DNA of 63,979 nt, the filler included, from Stramenopiles sp. TOSAG23-2 (taxonomy: Eukaryota), in assembly GCA_900128395.1 (NCBI GenBank). It is 7 parts of 7 records of this genome, joined end to end, with 100 filler letters (N's around TTAATTAATTAA, not from the genome) between each part and the next. Parts side by side here need not be neighbours in the genome. Positions count along the whole stretch, not along the records: positions 9,249 to 18,385 come from LT650123.1; positions 18,486 to 27,598 come from LT650124.1; 5 more parts are not named here. One strand, 5' to 3'. Below the pieces are notes generated by a model, which saw only the letters and a program-made list of their open reading frames with translations, had not been told where the DNA came from and searched no databases. Positions 10,003 through 22,600 of the stretch are shown piece by piece. Position 1 is the stretch's first letter, and each line of letters begins with the position of its first letter. A program made the translations under genes and the position numbers.

Positions 10003-12246
10003 ATGTTATCTAATTTGTTAAAATTGAAAACCATTACATATGCAAAACAATTAGCACATCGCACATCTCGAAAATCTCGACCATTTATATTTCAACGACA
10101 TATAAGTCGTTTAAGAAATAGGCGTGTAGAAGAGTTGGAAAAAGAAGCAATACAAGATAAGTTAAATCCAGAAGCACAAGCAAAATTTTTAAAAGAGTTA
10201 AATAGAAGTGATCCTCATAGTGTTGTAAAAATTGTTGAAAGTGGGGAAATGCAAGTTGTCGATGAGCAAATTACTTCAGAATACATCAAAGCGCTTGCAC
10301 GAACTGGAAAAATGACACAATCAAATGGAAATAAAGTAGTCAATTTTTTGAAACAAGTCGAGAACGGAGGTGGTGGTGGTGGTGGCTATAATAGTAGTTA
10401 TTTTGGTAGAGGAGGTAGTAGAAGCCAATATGGACGTGCTGGTGGTAGTCGCGCTGCTGGTGCTGGTGGTATAGGTATGAGTCAAGATGCTCCGTTGATC
10501 GTGCAATTTGCTGAACGATCGTTTAAAGACAAGTTAAAAGGTATGTTACCAAATATTATATTAATTGGTGGTTTGATTTATCTTGTAACAAGCGTGATGC
10601 CTAGTCCAGGTAAAAATGGTTCAGGTGGTGGTGGTCCAATGTCATTGCTTAGTGGATCGAAAACATTTGCCCCTGAAATGAGCAATCGTACCTTTGATGA
10701 TGTACAAGGTTGCGAGGAAGCGAAAGATCAATTAGTGGAAATTGTAGAATACTTAAAAGATCCAAGTAAATTTACACGTTTAGGTGGGAAATTACCAAAA
10801 GGTGTATTATTAGCTGGACCGCCTGGAACAGGGAAAACATTATTAGCACGTGCTGTTGCTGGCGAGGCTGGCGTGCCATTTTTTTATGCCTCCGGTGCTG
10901 AATTTGATGAAATGTTTGTTGGTGTTGGTGCCCGTCGTATACGAGATTTGTTTAAAGCTGCAAATGCACAACGTCCAGCAATTATTTTCCTAGATGAAAT
11001 CGATGCAGTTGGACGTAAACGTAGTGGAAAAGTTCAACAACATTTAAATATGACATTGAATCAATTATTAGTGGAACTTGATGGATTTAAAGAAAACAAA
11101 GGGGTAATTGTGATTGCAGCGACAAATTTTGCTGATTCTTTAGATCCTGCATTGGTCCGACCAGGACGTTTCGATCGCCAAATTGCAGTTCCATTGCCAG
11201 ATATACGAGATCGTACGAAAATTATTCAACATTATTTAACCACGATAACGGCAGATCCAGGTATCGAAGCAAGTGTACTTGCAAGGGGAACTCCAGGATT
11301 TTCTGGTGCTGATTTAGCAAATGTATGTAACTTAGCCGCTATTCGTGCATCCGTGTTGGGGAAAAAATGGGTTGATATGAGTGAAATAGAATATGCTAAA
11401 GATAAAATATTAATGGGGGATGAGCGTAAATCTGCATTTATAAGTAAAGAAACGCAAGAGTGTACGGCATATCATGAGAGTGGACATGCCATCGTAGCAA
11501 TTCATACAAAAGGTGCACATCCTGTACATAAAGCTACTATTGTACCACGTGGTAGAGCACTTGGAATGGTGATGCAACTTCCAGAAGGCGATCAAACATC
11601 TGTAACTAAGGAACAATTGTTGGCTAAAATGGATGTTTGTATGGGTGGACGTGTTGCAGAGGAAATTATTTTTGGTGCAGATAAAGTGACTAGTGGTGCA
11701 TCTAGTGATTTTCAACAAGCAACTTCGATAGCACGAAATATGGTAATGGCATATGGTATGGTAGATGAAATTGGCATCATGCGTTATAGTGACCATGATT
11801 TAAAAGAATTAGCACCAGAAACAAGAAAATTAATTGATGATCAAATTAAACGTTTGTTAAATGAAAGTTATGCACGTGCGAAAAAATGTTTATTGAAACA
11901 TGCAAAAGATCATCATAAATTAGCAAAAGCATTGATTGATTATGAATCATTAACTGGTGATGAAATACGTGATTATTTAAAGGGTAAACCGCTGGTTCAA
12001 TTAACCAGAGAAGAGAAACGGAAAAAAGAATTAGCTGATTTAAAGGAACAATTGAAGAAAGAAAAAAAAGAAAAATTGTTACAGCAACAACAAGCAGCTG
12101 CGTTGGCAGCTAAAAATAAAGGTGGTGAAGAAGGTGGTGAAGGTGGTGATAATGGTAGTAATGATGGTGGTGGTGATACAAAGAATGATAAAACAAAAGA
12201 TGGATTGCCAATTAGTGGTGATGTTTCTCGTAATGAGAAACATTAA
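10003..12246 (+). CDS. YME1: Mitochondrial i-AAA protease (YME1/FtsH4-type ATP-dependent zinc metalloprotease)
   Basis: Walker A GPPGTGKT, Walker [29 protein letters not shown] zinc motif, TSGASSD, a single TM segment and a basic N-terminal presequence. Confidence 0.93.
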   Translation: MLSNLLKLKTITYAKQLAHRTSRKSRPFIFQRHISRLRNRRVEELEKEAIQDKLNPEAQAKFLKELNRSDPHSVVKIVESGEMQVVDEQITSEYIKALARTGKMTQSNGNKVVNFLKQVENGGGGGGGYNSSYFGRGGSRSQYGRAGGSRAAGAGGIGMSQDAPLIVQFAERSFKDKLKGMLPNIILIGGLIYLVTSVMPSPGKNGSGGGGPMSLLSGSKTFAPEMSNRTFDDVQGCEEAKDQLVEIVEYLKDPSKFTRLGGKLPKGVLLAGPPGTGKTLLARAVAGEAGVPFFYASGAEFDEMFVGVGARRIRDLFKAANAQRPAIIFLDEIDAVGRKRSGKVQQHLNMTLNQLLVELDGFKENKGVIVIAATNFADSLDPALVRPGRFDRQIAVPLPDIRDRTKIIQHYLTTITADPGIEASVLARGTPGFSGADLANVCNLAAIRASVLGKKWVDMSEIEYAKDKILMGDERKSAFISKETQECTAYHESGHAIVAIHTKGAHPVHKATIVPRGRALGMVMQLPEGDQTSVTKEQLLAKMDVCMGGRVAEEIIFGADKVTSGASSDFQQATSIARNMVMAYGMVDEIGIMRYSDHDLKELAPETRKLIDDQIKRLLNESYARAKKCLLKHAKDHHKLAKALIDYESLTGDEIRDYLKGKPLVQLTREEKRKKELADLKEQLKKEKKEKLLQQQQAAALAAKNKGGEEGGEGGDNGSNDGGGDTKNDKTKDGLPISGDVSRNEKH

Positions 12247-12408
12247 AAAAGAGCACACGTCTCGTGTCAAAAGAGGGAGTGTGTCGGTCAGTGTGTCCAC
12301 ATCAATTTTAAAAAGATATACGTATAATATTCATTAATATTATTATTATTGACTTTTCAGCTTTCATCTATATGCACATCATATATCTATATTTTCCACC
12401 TCCTTCTC

Positions 12409-12981
12409 TTAAATGAAATATTTCGTATGTTGACCACTGGCAATAGGTCTTTTCGTTGATTTTTCAAAAATTTCACACTTAATAAAGGCTAATTTCCTTC
12501 CCATTTTCAACAATGTACTATGGATTTCAAGAATGTCACCAAGTTTAGCACTACTGTAAAAGCTAGTTGAAATATCTGTGCTAATGTTCATTTCCCCGGG
12601 ACGTGTTAACATTATGACTAATGCACCAATAGAATCAATAATTTGCATACTTACAGAACCATGTAGTCCTCCCATCAAATTTAAATGACATTCTTCAATT
12701 GGCATTTCGCATATAAGATGACTATTATCTTTTATTTCAACAACTTTACAATTCTTCATTGGCCCTTCTGCTCCATCAAACCATTTATAATTTTTATTAG
12801 CAATTGGTGAAGGTAATTTTTCAAAACCATCTCCAAATTTAAAACCCACTTTTATTTCATCCATATAATCCAAGACATTATTCATATAATTTCCTCCTCC
12901 GCCATTTTTCTTTTTTTTGTCTTCGTTATCACTATTCTTATTGCCACTTGTGGTATTTATGTTTAAAATGACTCTACTCAT
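12409..12981 (-). CDS. Hotdog-fold acyl-CoA thioesterase (ACOT13/PaaI-like)
   Basis: LNLMGGLHG...IID motif, STDISTSFYSSAKLGD, GRKLAF, and IASGQHTKY C-terminus. Confidence 0.88.
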   Translation of the reverse strand: MSRVILNINTTSGNKNSDNEDKKKKNGGGGNYMNNVLDYMDEIKVGFKFGDGFEKLPSPIANKNYKWFDGAEGPMKNCKVVEIKDNSHLICEMPIEECHLNLMGGLHGSVSMQIIDSIGALVIMLTRPGEMNISTDISTSFYSSAKLGDILEIHSTLLKMGRKLAFIKCEIFEKSTKRPIASGQHTKYFI

Positions 12982-13288
12982 ATTGTCGTTTTATTGTGTT
13001 CAATTTTTCTATCGTTGAGTTGTGTATAGCGATTAGTATTTAAGAGTATAACAGATGTAATATATATTATATATATATTATACAAAAAAGCGCATGAAAA
13101 TGGTGGGACGAAAAGAAGGAAGAATTTATCATCAAAAATAATATAAAGAAGAAGAGGATAAAACATCATCAAGGTTGAAAAATACAAAAAAAAGTTAAAA
13201 GTGCGTGTGGAAAATATAAAAAATTGTGTGCAGCAGGTAAAATTAATTTCTATTACACACATCATGACACACTTGACAAACATCAGAA

Positions 13289-14440
13289 TTAAAGTTTAGA
13301 AATGGCACCATTACTTAATATTTTTGATGATGTACGATAACTTTGTTGATTTTCAATACGATCAATTGCTTCTGAAACACTATTGGATGTTTGTAATAAT
13401 TCAGCACCTAATGCCATATCAATCTCTTGTTTCAATTCATCTGTAATTAAATCAACGTATTCACACGCTTTGATATTTTCATCCACTTGATCAACATTAG
13501 TTGCACCTGTTAAAACAGTACTTACATCCGGATTTGACATACACCATGCCAATGCTAATTGTCCCATGGTACAACCTAATTTCTCAGCAATTGGTCGTAT
13601 ACGTTCCGCACCTAATGCTGGTTGTAAAAATCTTTCATTGTAATCCGGTCTTCGTTTAAATGCTGGTGATGCTAAACGTGATCCTTCTGGAATTCCATCT
13701 TTATATTTACCAGTCAATGCACCTGATGCAAGTGGTGACCAAATAGTTAATCCAAGTCCTAAACCATCATTGCGATATAATGCTTTATATTCCCTTTCAA
13801 CCCTACCACGTGCGAATAAATGATATTGTGGTTGTTCAACAACAGGTGGGATTAAATTTAAACGATCGGCAACTGCTTTTGCTTCCATTAACTCACTGGC
13901 AGACCATTCTGATGTACCCCAATAATAACAAAATCCACGATTGATCATATCTGTAAAAGCACGTACAACTTCTTCTACTGGTGTAATTGGATCTGGTCGA
14001 TGGCAAAAGCACACATCAACATAATCCAATTGCATACGTTCTAGACTTTGCATCAATCCTTCTGTAATATGTTTACGGGAGAGTCCACGTCGATTCATAG
14101 CCATAGATGTTTTTTTAATTCCAGCACCTGTAAAAATTTTTGTTGTCAATACAAGATCTGAGCGTTCCCATATATTACGTTCAATTCCAAGATGTACAGC
14201 ATCACCCATTAATCTTTCAGCATCACCATTTGCATATGCTTCTGCATTATCAAAGAAATTTACTCCACCTTCATATGCTCTTTTCATGATATTATAGCTA
14301 GCTTCCGCAGCTTGTTTTCTTGAAGCATTTTCTTTGGATACCACTTTCCCGTCACCGCCAGCGCTGTCAAAAGTCACCCATGAACCAAATGATAATTCAG
14401 ATACCAGTAATCCAGTATTTCCTAACCTGTTATATTTCAT
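13289..14440 (-). CDS. Aldo-keto reductase, Kv-beta/AKR6-like, with C-terminal SKL (PTS1)
   Basis: MKYNRLGNTGLLVSELSFGSW (likely start 14440), FFDNAEAY, TTKIF, GLSRKHI, HRPD, YWGTSEW, WSPLASG; the protein ends in SKL. Confidence 0.92.
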   Translation of the reverse strand: MKYNRLGNTGLLVSELSFGSWVTFDSAGGDGKVVSKENASRKQAAEASYNIMKRAYEGGVNFFDNAEAYANGDAERLMGDAVHLGIERNIWERSDLVLTTKIFTGAGIKKTSMAMNRRGLSRKHITEGLMQSLERMQLDYVDVCFCHRPDPITPVEEVVRAFTDMINRGFCYYWGTSEWSASELMEAKAVADRLNLIPPVVEQPQYHLFARGRVEREYKALYRNDGLGLGLTIWSPLASGALTGKYKDGIPEGSRLASPAFKRRPDYNERFLQPALGAERIRPIAEKLGCTMGQLALAWCMSNPDVSTVLTGATNVDQVDENIKACEYVDLITDELKQEIDMALGAELLQTSNSVSEAIDRIENQQSYRTSSKILSNGAISKL

Positions 14441-14456
14441 TATATATGTTATATAT

Positions 14457-16241
14457 CTATTTAATTTTCCTATAAGTTGAATCATAATTATTATTTGTAT
14501 GCATAACGTTATTATTATTAACATCATATTTCGTATGCGTAGTTTCCCATCTCATAGATCCATCTTTTGTTATTATATCCGATGCTTGATCTAATAATTC
14601 AGCATTATTGTCAAAACCAATCATATTATATTGTATAGCGTTTTTTGTAAATGTACCTTTTAATATAATTTTAGAAAAAGATTGTGTTGCGTTAAAATTG
14701 GCTTTACAAACAAGATTATTGTATTTCCTTTCATTATCACGTGTAGCTAACAATTGCTTGTTGTTATTACAATGAAATACAGCACATGTTTCTACTAAAA
14801 GGGTTATGTTTTTTCCACCAACATGTCTATTCTTGTATGTATATAATCCTTTGCTTCCAAACAATACATATGTTCCGTGATTATTATTATTATTATTATT
14901 ATTATTACGATATTTTTTATTCAGAAACATTCCTTCTATAGAACAAGTAAAATTTGTATTTGGGAGTGTCATTTTATAATTAATATCATAATTATCATTC
15001 AACTTGTTCTTATTATTACCATCATCATCAAGAAATGGAATACAATAACCCGATTTAATAAGACTGGTTGAATCATATTGGCATGGTATCATATTATTCA
15101 TTGTTGTCGTTTCTTGTAGAATATCAACGTTGTTATCAATCTTGCCAATACTATTGTTATTATTATTATTATTATTATTAATACGATTGACATCCTCATC
15201 ATCATCAACTTGTATATTTTTTGAAATATTTGCAACCATGTAAGTATCTTGATTAAATGTTGAACTATTATAATGTGATTTCAATACATTTCCATTTTCA
15301 TACATACCACTGCCAGAATTTAAATAACTTGCACCTGTGTTTGCAGCTAAAAGGACGCTTTTAAATTTGCGTGAAAATGCTTGTTGAAACATCGTTGCAG
15401 TAAATATAGGTTCAGAATTATACCACCATGTTGAAAATAGAAAATGTTGAATACCTTGATTTAATAAATTTTGAATTGGATGCATAAATGTTATATCGAA
15501 ACATATGAAAATACCAAATGCTACACCGAATGATGAATTAAATGAAACAACTTCTGGTTTTAATGGATAATTTAAAATTGGATAGGTTCCAAATAAATGA
15601 TATTTATGATATATAGCAGCAATTTTTCCACCATTTTGTCCATCAATGACAACATCTGTATTATATTGATAACGTCCATCTAATGGGCAATTGATATCAC
15701 CCGCTGTACGATTACATTTACGAATATCTATTGTATTTATAACAATTGTTATTTTATATTTAATTGACATACAGCTGATATGCTTGGAGATGGAAAATGT
15801 ACCATCTTGTGGTCTGGTATTATCATTGCATGGGATTGATTCAACTGGTGGCAAAGATTCGCCATATGATTGTATTAAATCTCTTGGAGTGATGGATGAA
15901 TTTGGTAATGAGATTAAACCATATGTCCATAATACTGCTTCTGGGAAAATAATAATATCAGCATTATCAATATTAGATGCACGTGCAACATATTCTTCAA
16001 TAGCTATCATACTTTGTTTTACATTTTTTGTTGGAGATGATGAAAATGATCCACGGGGATAAAATTCAACCACTGCTGCTGTATAATAAGTTTTATCATC
16101 TTGTTCCATTGAGTTTTCAATCTTATTGGTGGTTTTTTTATGGATGGTGGATAATACAACTTGAATATTATTAATATTTAATAATATCAATAATAATAAT
16201 ATAACAACATTTATTTTTGCAGGACATTTACAATAATACAT
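14457..16241 (-). CDS. Secreted vanin/biotinidase/pantetheinase-family nitrilase-superfamily hydrolase
   Basis: Hydrophobic signal after ATG 16241, YYTAAVVEF, catalytic triad contexts IIFPE / YHKYHLF / ICFDI, and YQYNTDVV. The longer ORF-track start runs through the upstream duplication. Confidence 0.88.
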   Translation of the reverse strand: MYYCKCPAKINVVILLLLILLNINNIQVVLSTIHKKTTNKIENSMEQDDKTYYTAAVVEFYPRGSFSSSPTKNVKQSMIAIEEYVARASNIDNADIIIFPEAVLWTYGLISLPNSSITPRDLIQSYGESLPPVESIPCNDNTRPQDGTFSISKHISCMSIKYKITIVINTIDIRKCNRTAGDINCPLDGRYQYNTDVVIDGQNGGKIAAIYHKYHLFGTYPILNYPLKPEVVSFNSSFGVAFGIFICFDITFMHPIQNLLNQGIQHFLFSTWWYNSEPIFTATMFQQAFSRKFKSVLLAANTGASYLNSGSGMYENGNVLKSHYNSSTFNQDTYMVANISKNIQVDDDEDVNRINNNNNNNNNSIGKIDNNVDILQETTTMNNMIPCQYDSTSLIKSGYCIPFLDDDGNNKNKLNDNYDINYKMTLPNTNFTCSIEGMFLNKKYRNNNNNNNNNHGTYVLFGSKGLYTYKNRHVGGKNITLLVETCAVFHCNNNKQLLATRDNERKYNNLVCKANFNATQSFSKIILKGTFTKNAIQYNMIGFDNNAELLDQASDIITKDGSMRWETTHTKYDVNNNNVMHTNNNYDSTYRKIK

Positions 16242-16431
16242 CGTTGATCTTTGTTGAATTATTGAATATTTGTTGCTATCATATATAATAATATATATAT
16301 ACATATCTTCCTCGTATATGTAATTTGCAGGACATTTACAATAATACATCGTTGATCTTTGTTGAATTATTGAATATTTGTTGCTATCATATATAATAAT
16401 ATATATATACATATCTTCCTCGTATATGTAA
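16216..16431. repeat. Perfect tandem duplication, 108-bp unit x2, covering the vanin start codon
   Basis: TTTGCAGGACATTTAC... occurs at 16216 and 16324. Confidence 0.9.
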
Positions 16432-16979
16432 AAGCATATCGATATGTGTATATGTGCATATATATTTTGTGATAGCTTTTGAGACTTTGTTGTTTTTTCG
16501 CAATTTATTATTATATTATATACCATACCAGCATACCAGCATACTTTGGTATACTAGTAACTATAATAAATTATTAGTCATTATTGGATTGGCGATTTGT
16601 GGCGATTGATTTTTTTTATTTTTTAAAGATTTTTCCATGAAGAGCACAAGATGTAAATTTTTTGGATCCAGATCTCCCAGATCTCCCAGATCTCCTGGAT
16701 CTTCCACATAGTACCTGCTATGTCGATGCTAATATAATATCAGAACAAGAAAATTTCAACAGGAGGACACAGTTTTTTTTCAAAAATAATAATGAAAATA
16801 TATATAAATAAATATATTTTTTAGTGTCTATATTGAAAGGGGGAATAATTGTACGAATGATGATAAATAGAAAACTCCTGTGTTATCATTTAGGATTCAG
16901 TTCAAATATTACATTTGGTAACTTTTTATCGTAGTGTTTTTCTTCTTTTTGCATTTTGTGTACATAATATATATAATTA

Positions 16980-17210
16980 AAGATTATAATTTTCAAAAAT
17001 GACATCATTGTTTTTAGAGGCACTAAAAAATAGTAATAATAATAATAATAATTCCTCCAACAACAATAATAATAATAATAATAATAACAATCCAAGATTA
17101 TAATTTTCAAAAATGACATCATTGTTTTTAGAGGCACTAAAAAATAGTAATAATAATAATAATAATTCCTCCAACAACAATAATAATAATAATAATAATA
17201 ATAACAATCC
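16980..17210. repeat. Tandem duplication, ~114-bp unit x2, covering the WD40 gene start
   Basis: AAGATTATAATTTTCAAAAATGACATC occurs at 16980 and 17094. The first copy gives a short MTSLFLEALK...PRL* ORF. Confidence 0.88.
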
Positions 17211-18385
17211 ATCACCACGAATAGAAAATTTATCATTAGGTCCGCCTACGTTTAAAAACAACACTTCTGTATATACAAATAATATTACACGTTTAATACA
17301 AGAACGATCTGGTTGCCATGGCCGTGTACGTCGAACAGTACAAATGTATGATAATGCTAGTGGTAAACCTATACATGGAAAAGCTTCTTCGTTTTTAACG
17401 ACATTACGGCCTTTAAAACAATGGGTGGAGGAACGAAGTGTTACATTATCGGCAACCGAATCAGATTATTGTGATCTACCAAATGATACAAAAAGTACTA
17501 TATCTATATCCTACCGATGCGACGGGAAAACATTTGCATCATCTCATGGAGATCATACCATCAAAGTGATTGATTCGGAATCGTTAAAAATTTTACATAC
17601 ATTAGAAGGTCATCCACGAACCCCGTGGACTGTTAAATATCATCCAAGTGATTTGAATATCATAGCAAGTGGTTGCTTGCAAGGACAAGTTCGTATTTGG
17701 GATGTAGAACATGAAACTACGATTTACCTAGTACATTTTGAAACGGCAATTATATCAATGTCGTTTCATCCAACATTAAATCTGCTTGCGTTAGTAGCAG
17801 CTAATAAATGCCATTTATGGAATTATCAAACAGATCATAAACATGATATTATAAAAATTGAAAATCCAGGACGTAGTTCTGTATATCGTGCCGTATTATT
17901 TGCAAAAGATGGAAAGCGTTTAATATTAGGAGAGACGAATGGTTCCGTTGCGGATTTTTTGCCACAAAGTAGTGTACATGGAGATAATTTAACTGCAATT
18001 AAATTAACATTGCATCAATTTGATCCAACCGTTCCACAAACATTGAAACCATCGTTATGGGGACAAGCAATTTCACAGGAAAGAGCAATTGTTGGCACTT
18101 CGTTGTTATATAATTGTGGTGGTGTTGATATTTCTCCATGTGGTACAAAATTAATTGCATGTTTTGTTGATTGTTCAAAAGGAAATAATAATAATGATAA
18201 CGATAATGAAATATTTTTAGGAAATGATAATGGTAGTATTAGTAGTGATAGTAGTAGTAATAATAAACGTAGTTTATCATCTACTAAAAGTACTAGTAGT
18301 AGTAATAGTAGTAGTAGTAGTAGTAATGATGATGATGATGATGATGGTGTTGTTATGAAAATGATGTCTAGTAGTAGTAATAATA
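17113..18385 (+). CDS. WD40-repeat protein, AMBRA1/DCAF3-like (3' truncated at contig end)
   Basis: DGKTFASSHGDHTIKV, LEGHPRTPWTVKYHP, IASGCLQGQVRIWD, and GVDISPCG. Confidence 0.8.
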
Positions 18386-18485
18386 NNNNNNNNNNNNNNN
18401 NNNNNNNNNNNNNNNNNNNNNNNNNNNNNTTAATTAATTAANNNNNNNNNNNNNNNNNNNNNNNNNNNNNNNNNNNNNNNNNNNN
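18386..18485. other. Artificial contig linker
   Basis: N-TTAATTAATTAA-N spacer. Confidence 0.98.
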
Positions 18486-19691
18486 AATTTTTCAAGTTAT
18501 TTGTCGTTTTCGTCATTTAAATAGTAATATCATCAAAAAACGTTTTTAAGGTTTGTTTGATGGAAAAAAGAAAATATGAAATTTATTATTAGAATTATAG
18601 GATTGAATAGCATCAACAATTGGATTTGATTTGGTATACCTACTGTAAGTACGATTATATTTATTAGTCGTCACGTGAGGAGAGTTTAAAAGCATAAATG
18701 TCACTGTTATATTTTATTAAAAAAAAGGGGGTCCATGTATATACATATTTATAACTTGAAAATACATTGTGTCAAAGTGTCAAGAGTGTGAAAAGTGTGA
18801 AAAAGTGTGAACAGTATCAAGAGTGAAAGTATCAACAGAAGCGTGTTGTGAAAGTGAATTCTGCGAAGCAACGGACATACGTCGGTCTGATGGTCTTATG
18901 TTTTGTAAGATAAACGTATATAACGTATATATAGGCAAGCAGTCGATGAATGCAGAGTAATTAACTTTCATGCATTGGTTATAAACATGTGTGGGTATGC
19001 ATTTTTTTATACCGAGATGTACGTATATTCGATGTGTATGTGCTTATATTACAGTACATGCAATAACATGTAACTGCACACACGTATTGATGCGTTTTAC
19101 ATATTATAATAAACAATAATAGTAACATTACTAATATATCTGCCCCCCATGCTCTTGCAGTGGCCCTGATGGGATCTATAGATAGTTGAGTGACCGAGAA
19201 GATTAAAAAAACAATTTTTGGCTCAAGTGCGCCTGGGATTTGTAATGCCGTCACCTTTTATATATAAATATGTTGTATTTTTCCCTTACATTTCCTGTGT
19301 TCAGTCGTTTCTTTCCAACACTTCATGACGACTGACATAATATTAAGTATCCCATCCTGCTTTGCCATACTATGGACACAGCACTAATATTAATGCTATT
19401 TCATGCTGTATTGCTCCATATTCCTTAGCAAATCTGGACCATTGATAAGTGCATACTGGTATACCTTCTGCCATATTTAACTGGGGACAACCACAAAAAT
19501 TAGATATAAGTACTATCACATTCTAATATAGATAGATAGATCGTATAACAGGAAATTAGTCCATTGCTATATTAACAACAACCATATTAAAAAAAAATTC
19601 AATTGTATTTATTAATTATATAATCACATATATACATATATATTTATATATAACAACATAAATTTCAAATCAACATATATATACATATAAG

Positions 19692-22600
19692 ATGACTGAT
19701 TTCATACGTGGGAAACCACAAAAACGTAAATCCATGTTTGATGGATTATCTGATCAAGTAGATTTAGCTGCACCACCAAAAGAAGGAAATGATTTTTTGT
19801 TTTCTATGCGTAATACAAAACGTTCAAGGCATACAAAGTTTGATGACGATAATCAAGGCACTGCAAATAAAAAAACATTGAAAAAAAAAGAAGCGAAGAA
19901 ACGAAAAAAAGAACGTGAAAGACAAGAATTATTAGAAGCACAAACGCAAAAGGCCTTTGGTAGTGCTCCAAGTAGCTTAATAGTTCCAAGACATATACAA
20001 TTATTATCATTTTCACGCCTAAGTGTTGGTGTAAAGTTATTAGCAATTGTCAGGCAAGTAAATACTAGAAACGCGGTTTTAAGTTTGCCAAATAGTTTAA
20101 CTGGTCATCTTGACTTAAGAGACGTGTCTGATTATATCAGTAAACTATCACCAGCAAATTTAAAGGAAGCAGCATATGATATGAAAAAAATGTTCACACC
20201 AGGTCAATTTGTTCTATGCGCAATTTCTAGTTTAGATAAATCTGACCGTAAGCGTATTGAGGTGACAACGAAAGGATCTACATTAAATGAAGGCTTGCGT
20301 TTGCAAGATTTAGGTGAAGATCTTGTCTCTCAAATTAATGGTCATGTAAACAGTATTGAAGATCATGGATATGTTATATCATTAGGAGTCAAATCTGTCA
20401 CTGCGTTTTTGCCTTTTACCAACATTTCATCATCAACAAATAGCAATAATAATAATAATAATAATAATAATAGTAAAAAGAAAAAGAAGAAAAAAAGGGC
20501 AGATGATGATAATAATTACGATCATACTGATGAAAACAATCAATTTATCATAGGACAAGCATTGACAGTAGCTGTAAAAAGCGTCAATGTAAAAGCAAGG
20601 TCAATTATTTGCCAATTGACGAACTGCACCAAAAGGAACCCTTCATCTTTTCCTACCAAACATATTGTGAACAAAGCTAGTATTGGTATGCAATCATTAA
20701 CACCAGGTATGTTGGTAAAAGCCACTGTGAAAAAAGTACTTAAATCAGGCTTATACTGTACATTTCTTACCTACTTTGGTGCATCTGTTGATGTATATCA
20801 TATGAAAAAACCAGCATCAAGTGGTTGGGTTGAACGAAATGTATATTCAGCCGGTGATACGATGGTAGCTAGAATTATTATGGTTGATAATGTTAGTAAA
20901 ACAGCATCGTTAAGTGCAGCCCCTCATGTAGTTAGTTTAAAAGCAAAACAATTTTCTTGCAACAGAGGGGACGTTTTTAACCGCGCAATTATCGCACGTG
21001 TTGATAAAGGAACGGGATTGTTGTTAAATTGTACTGATTATGCTGGTAATTCTAGCATTAAAAATGATTCCGACGATGACTCTGGTGATGATTCTGACGT
21101 TGAAATGGTCGATGAAGACAAGAAAAAAATTACTGAAGTAGCGTATACACATATATCACGAGTATCAGATAGTCGTACTGAAAATTTAGCAAAATATCGA
21201 GATAAAATTGTTAAATGTCGTATCATAGGGTTTTCCGAATTTGATGGTATGGCATTGGCATCATTGAAAGAATCTATTTTAACTGCAAAAGTACTTTCAA
21301 TAAACGATGTTAAACCTGGTGTCCGAATCACGGGTCGAATAGAAAAAGTTGATGAAAAGGCTGTCGTATGCTCTATAGGTGAAAATGTGCGTGGAATTAT
21401 CCTTCCATCACACTTAGCAGAAGTCAAACTTCAAAAATTTGATGATAAATTTAAAGTTGGTGGGCAAGTCAGTTGCCGAGTACTTCAAATAGATACAAAG
21501 CGAAAGAGGGTTTTGTTAACATGTAAAAGAATTTTGGTTACATCACCAAATGAAATTATCTCAAATTACTCTGAAGATTATGTTGGGACATTGGCACACG
21601 GTTTTGTGACTGCTATAAAAGAATATGGAGTCGTTGTCACTTTTTATAATAATGTACATGGATTAGTTTCAATAGAAGATATGGAACGCCATGGTATTCA
21701 TGAACCTGCATTAGCTTATAATCTTGGGCAATCTGTTCTTTGTAAAGTATTGTCTGTCCAAGTAGGAAATGGACGCATGCGTTTATCATTTCATACGAAG
21801 GAAGATGAGAGTGGGAAAGCAGGAGCAAAAGTTTTACCAACGAAATATACAGTTGGAAAAGTTTTAAAATCAGTTAAAATCGATGAAATTCGTGCCGATA
21901 GTGGTGAAATTATTTTGCAATTTTCGGATAATATCACTGGAATTTTGAATAAAGTTCATTTGTCCGATCATAAAGAAAATTGTGATAGCCTGTTTAATAT
22001 GTATTCTGTTGGTGATAAGTTGAAAGACTTGGTTGTTTTAGAAGCGCGCAAAATATTTCAACGAGATGGATTGCCTGGATGGAAAGTTATGTTAAGTAAG
22101 AAACCTGCGATATTAAGATCATTGTTGGAAGGTTTGTTGCCTTCAAAAGATGATGAAATGGTAGTTGATCGTCTCTTGTGCGGTTATGTACATAATACAA
22201 CTGCATTTGGGATTTTTGTACGTTTCCTTGGCAGGGCAACAGTTTATATCCCAAAATCAAATATATCTGAAAGTTTTGTGGAAAATACAAGCGATTTTTT
22301 CTCAGCAGGGCAAACCGTATGGACCAAAATTATACGTTCCGTACAAGCTCCCGGTGAAAGTGCAATTGGAACGCTAAAACCTCTACTTTGCAATCCATGG
22401 TCGTTATCAACTGACTATCACAGTATGTTTTTAGTGAGTTATCTTATCGAAATAGGTAACATCGCCAAGCATCAAAGTGATGAAGATGATAATGATACGT
22501 TGAAATCTATAGATTGGGAATCCTACCCTATTGGTTCAATCGTTGAAGCGGAGGTTATTGAAAATAAAAAAGAAGGTGTTTTACTAAGCATTGATGATAC

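Noticed and set aside
16664..16703. (CAGATCTCC)x3 repeat in the vanin/WD40 divergent region
   Set aside because: It is real but a short single-locus minisatellite with no supporting recurrence.
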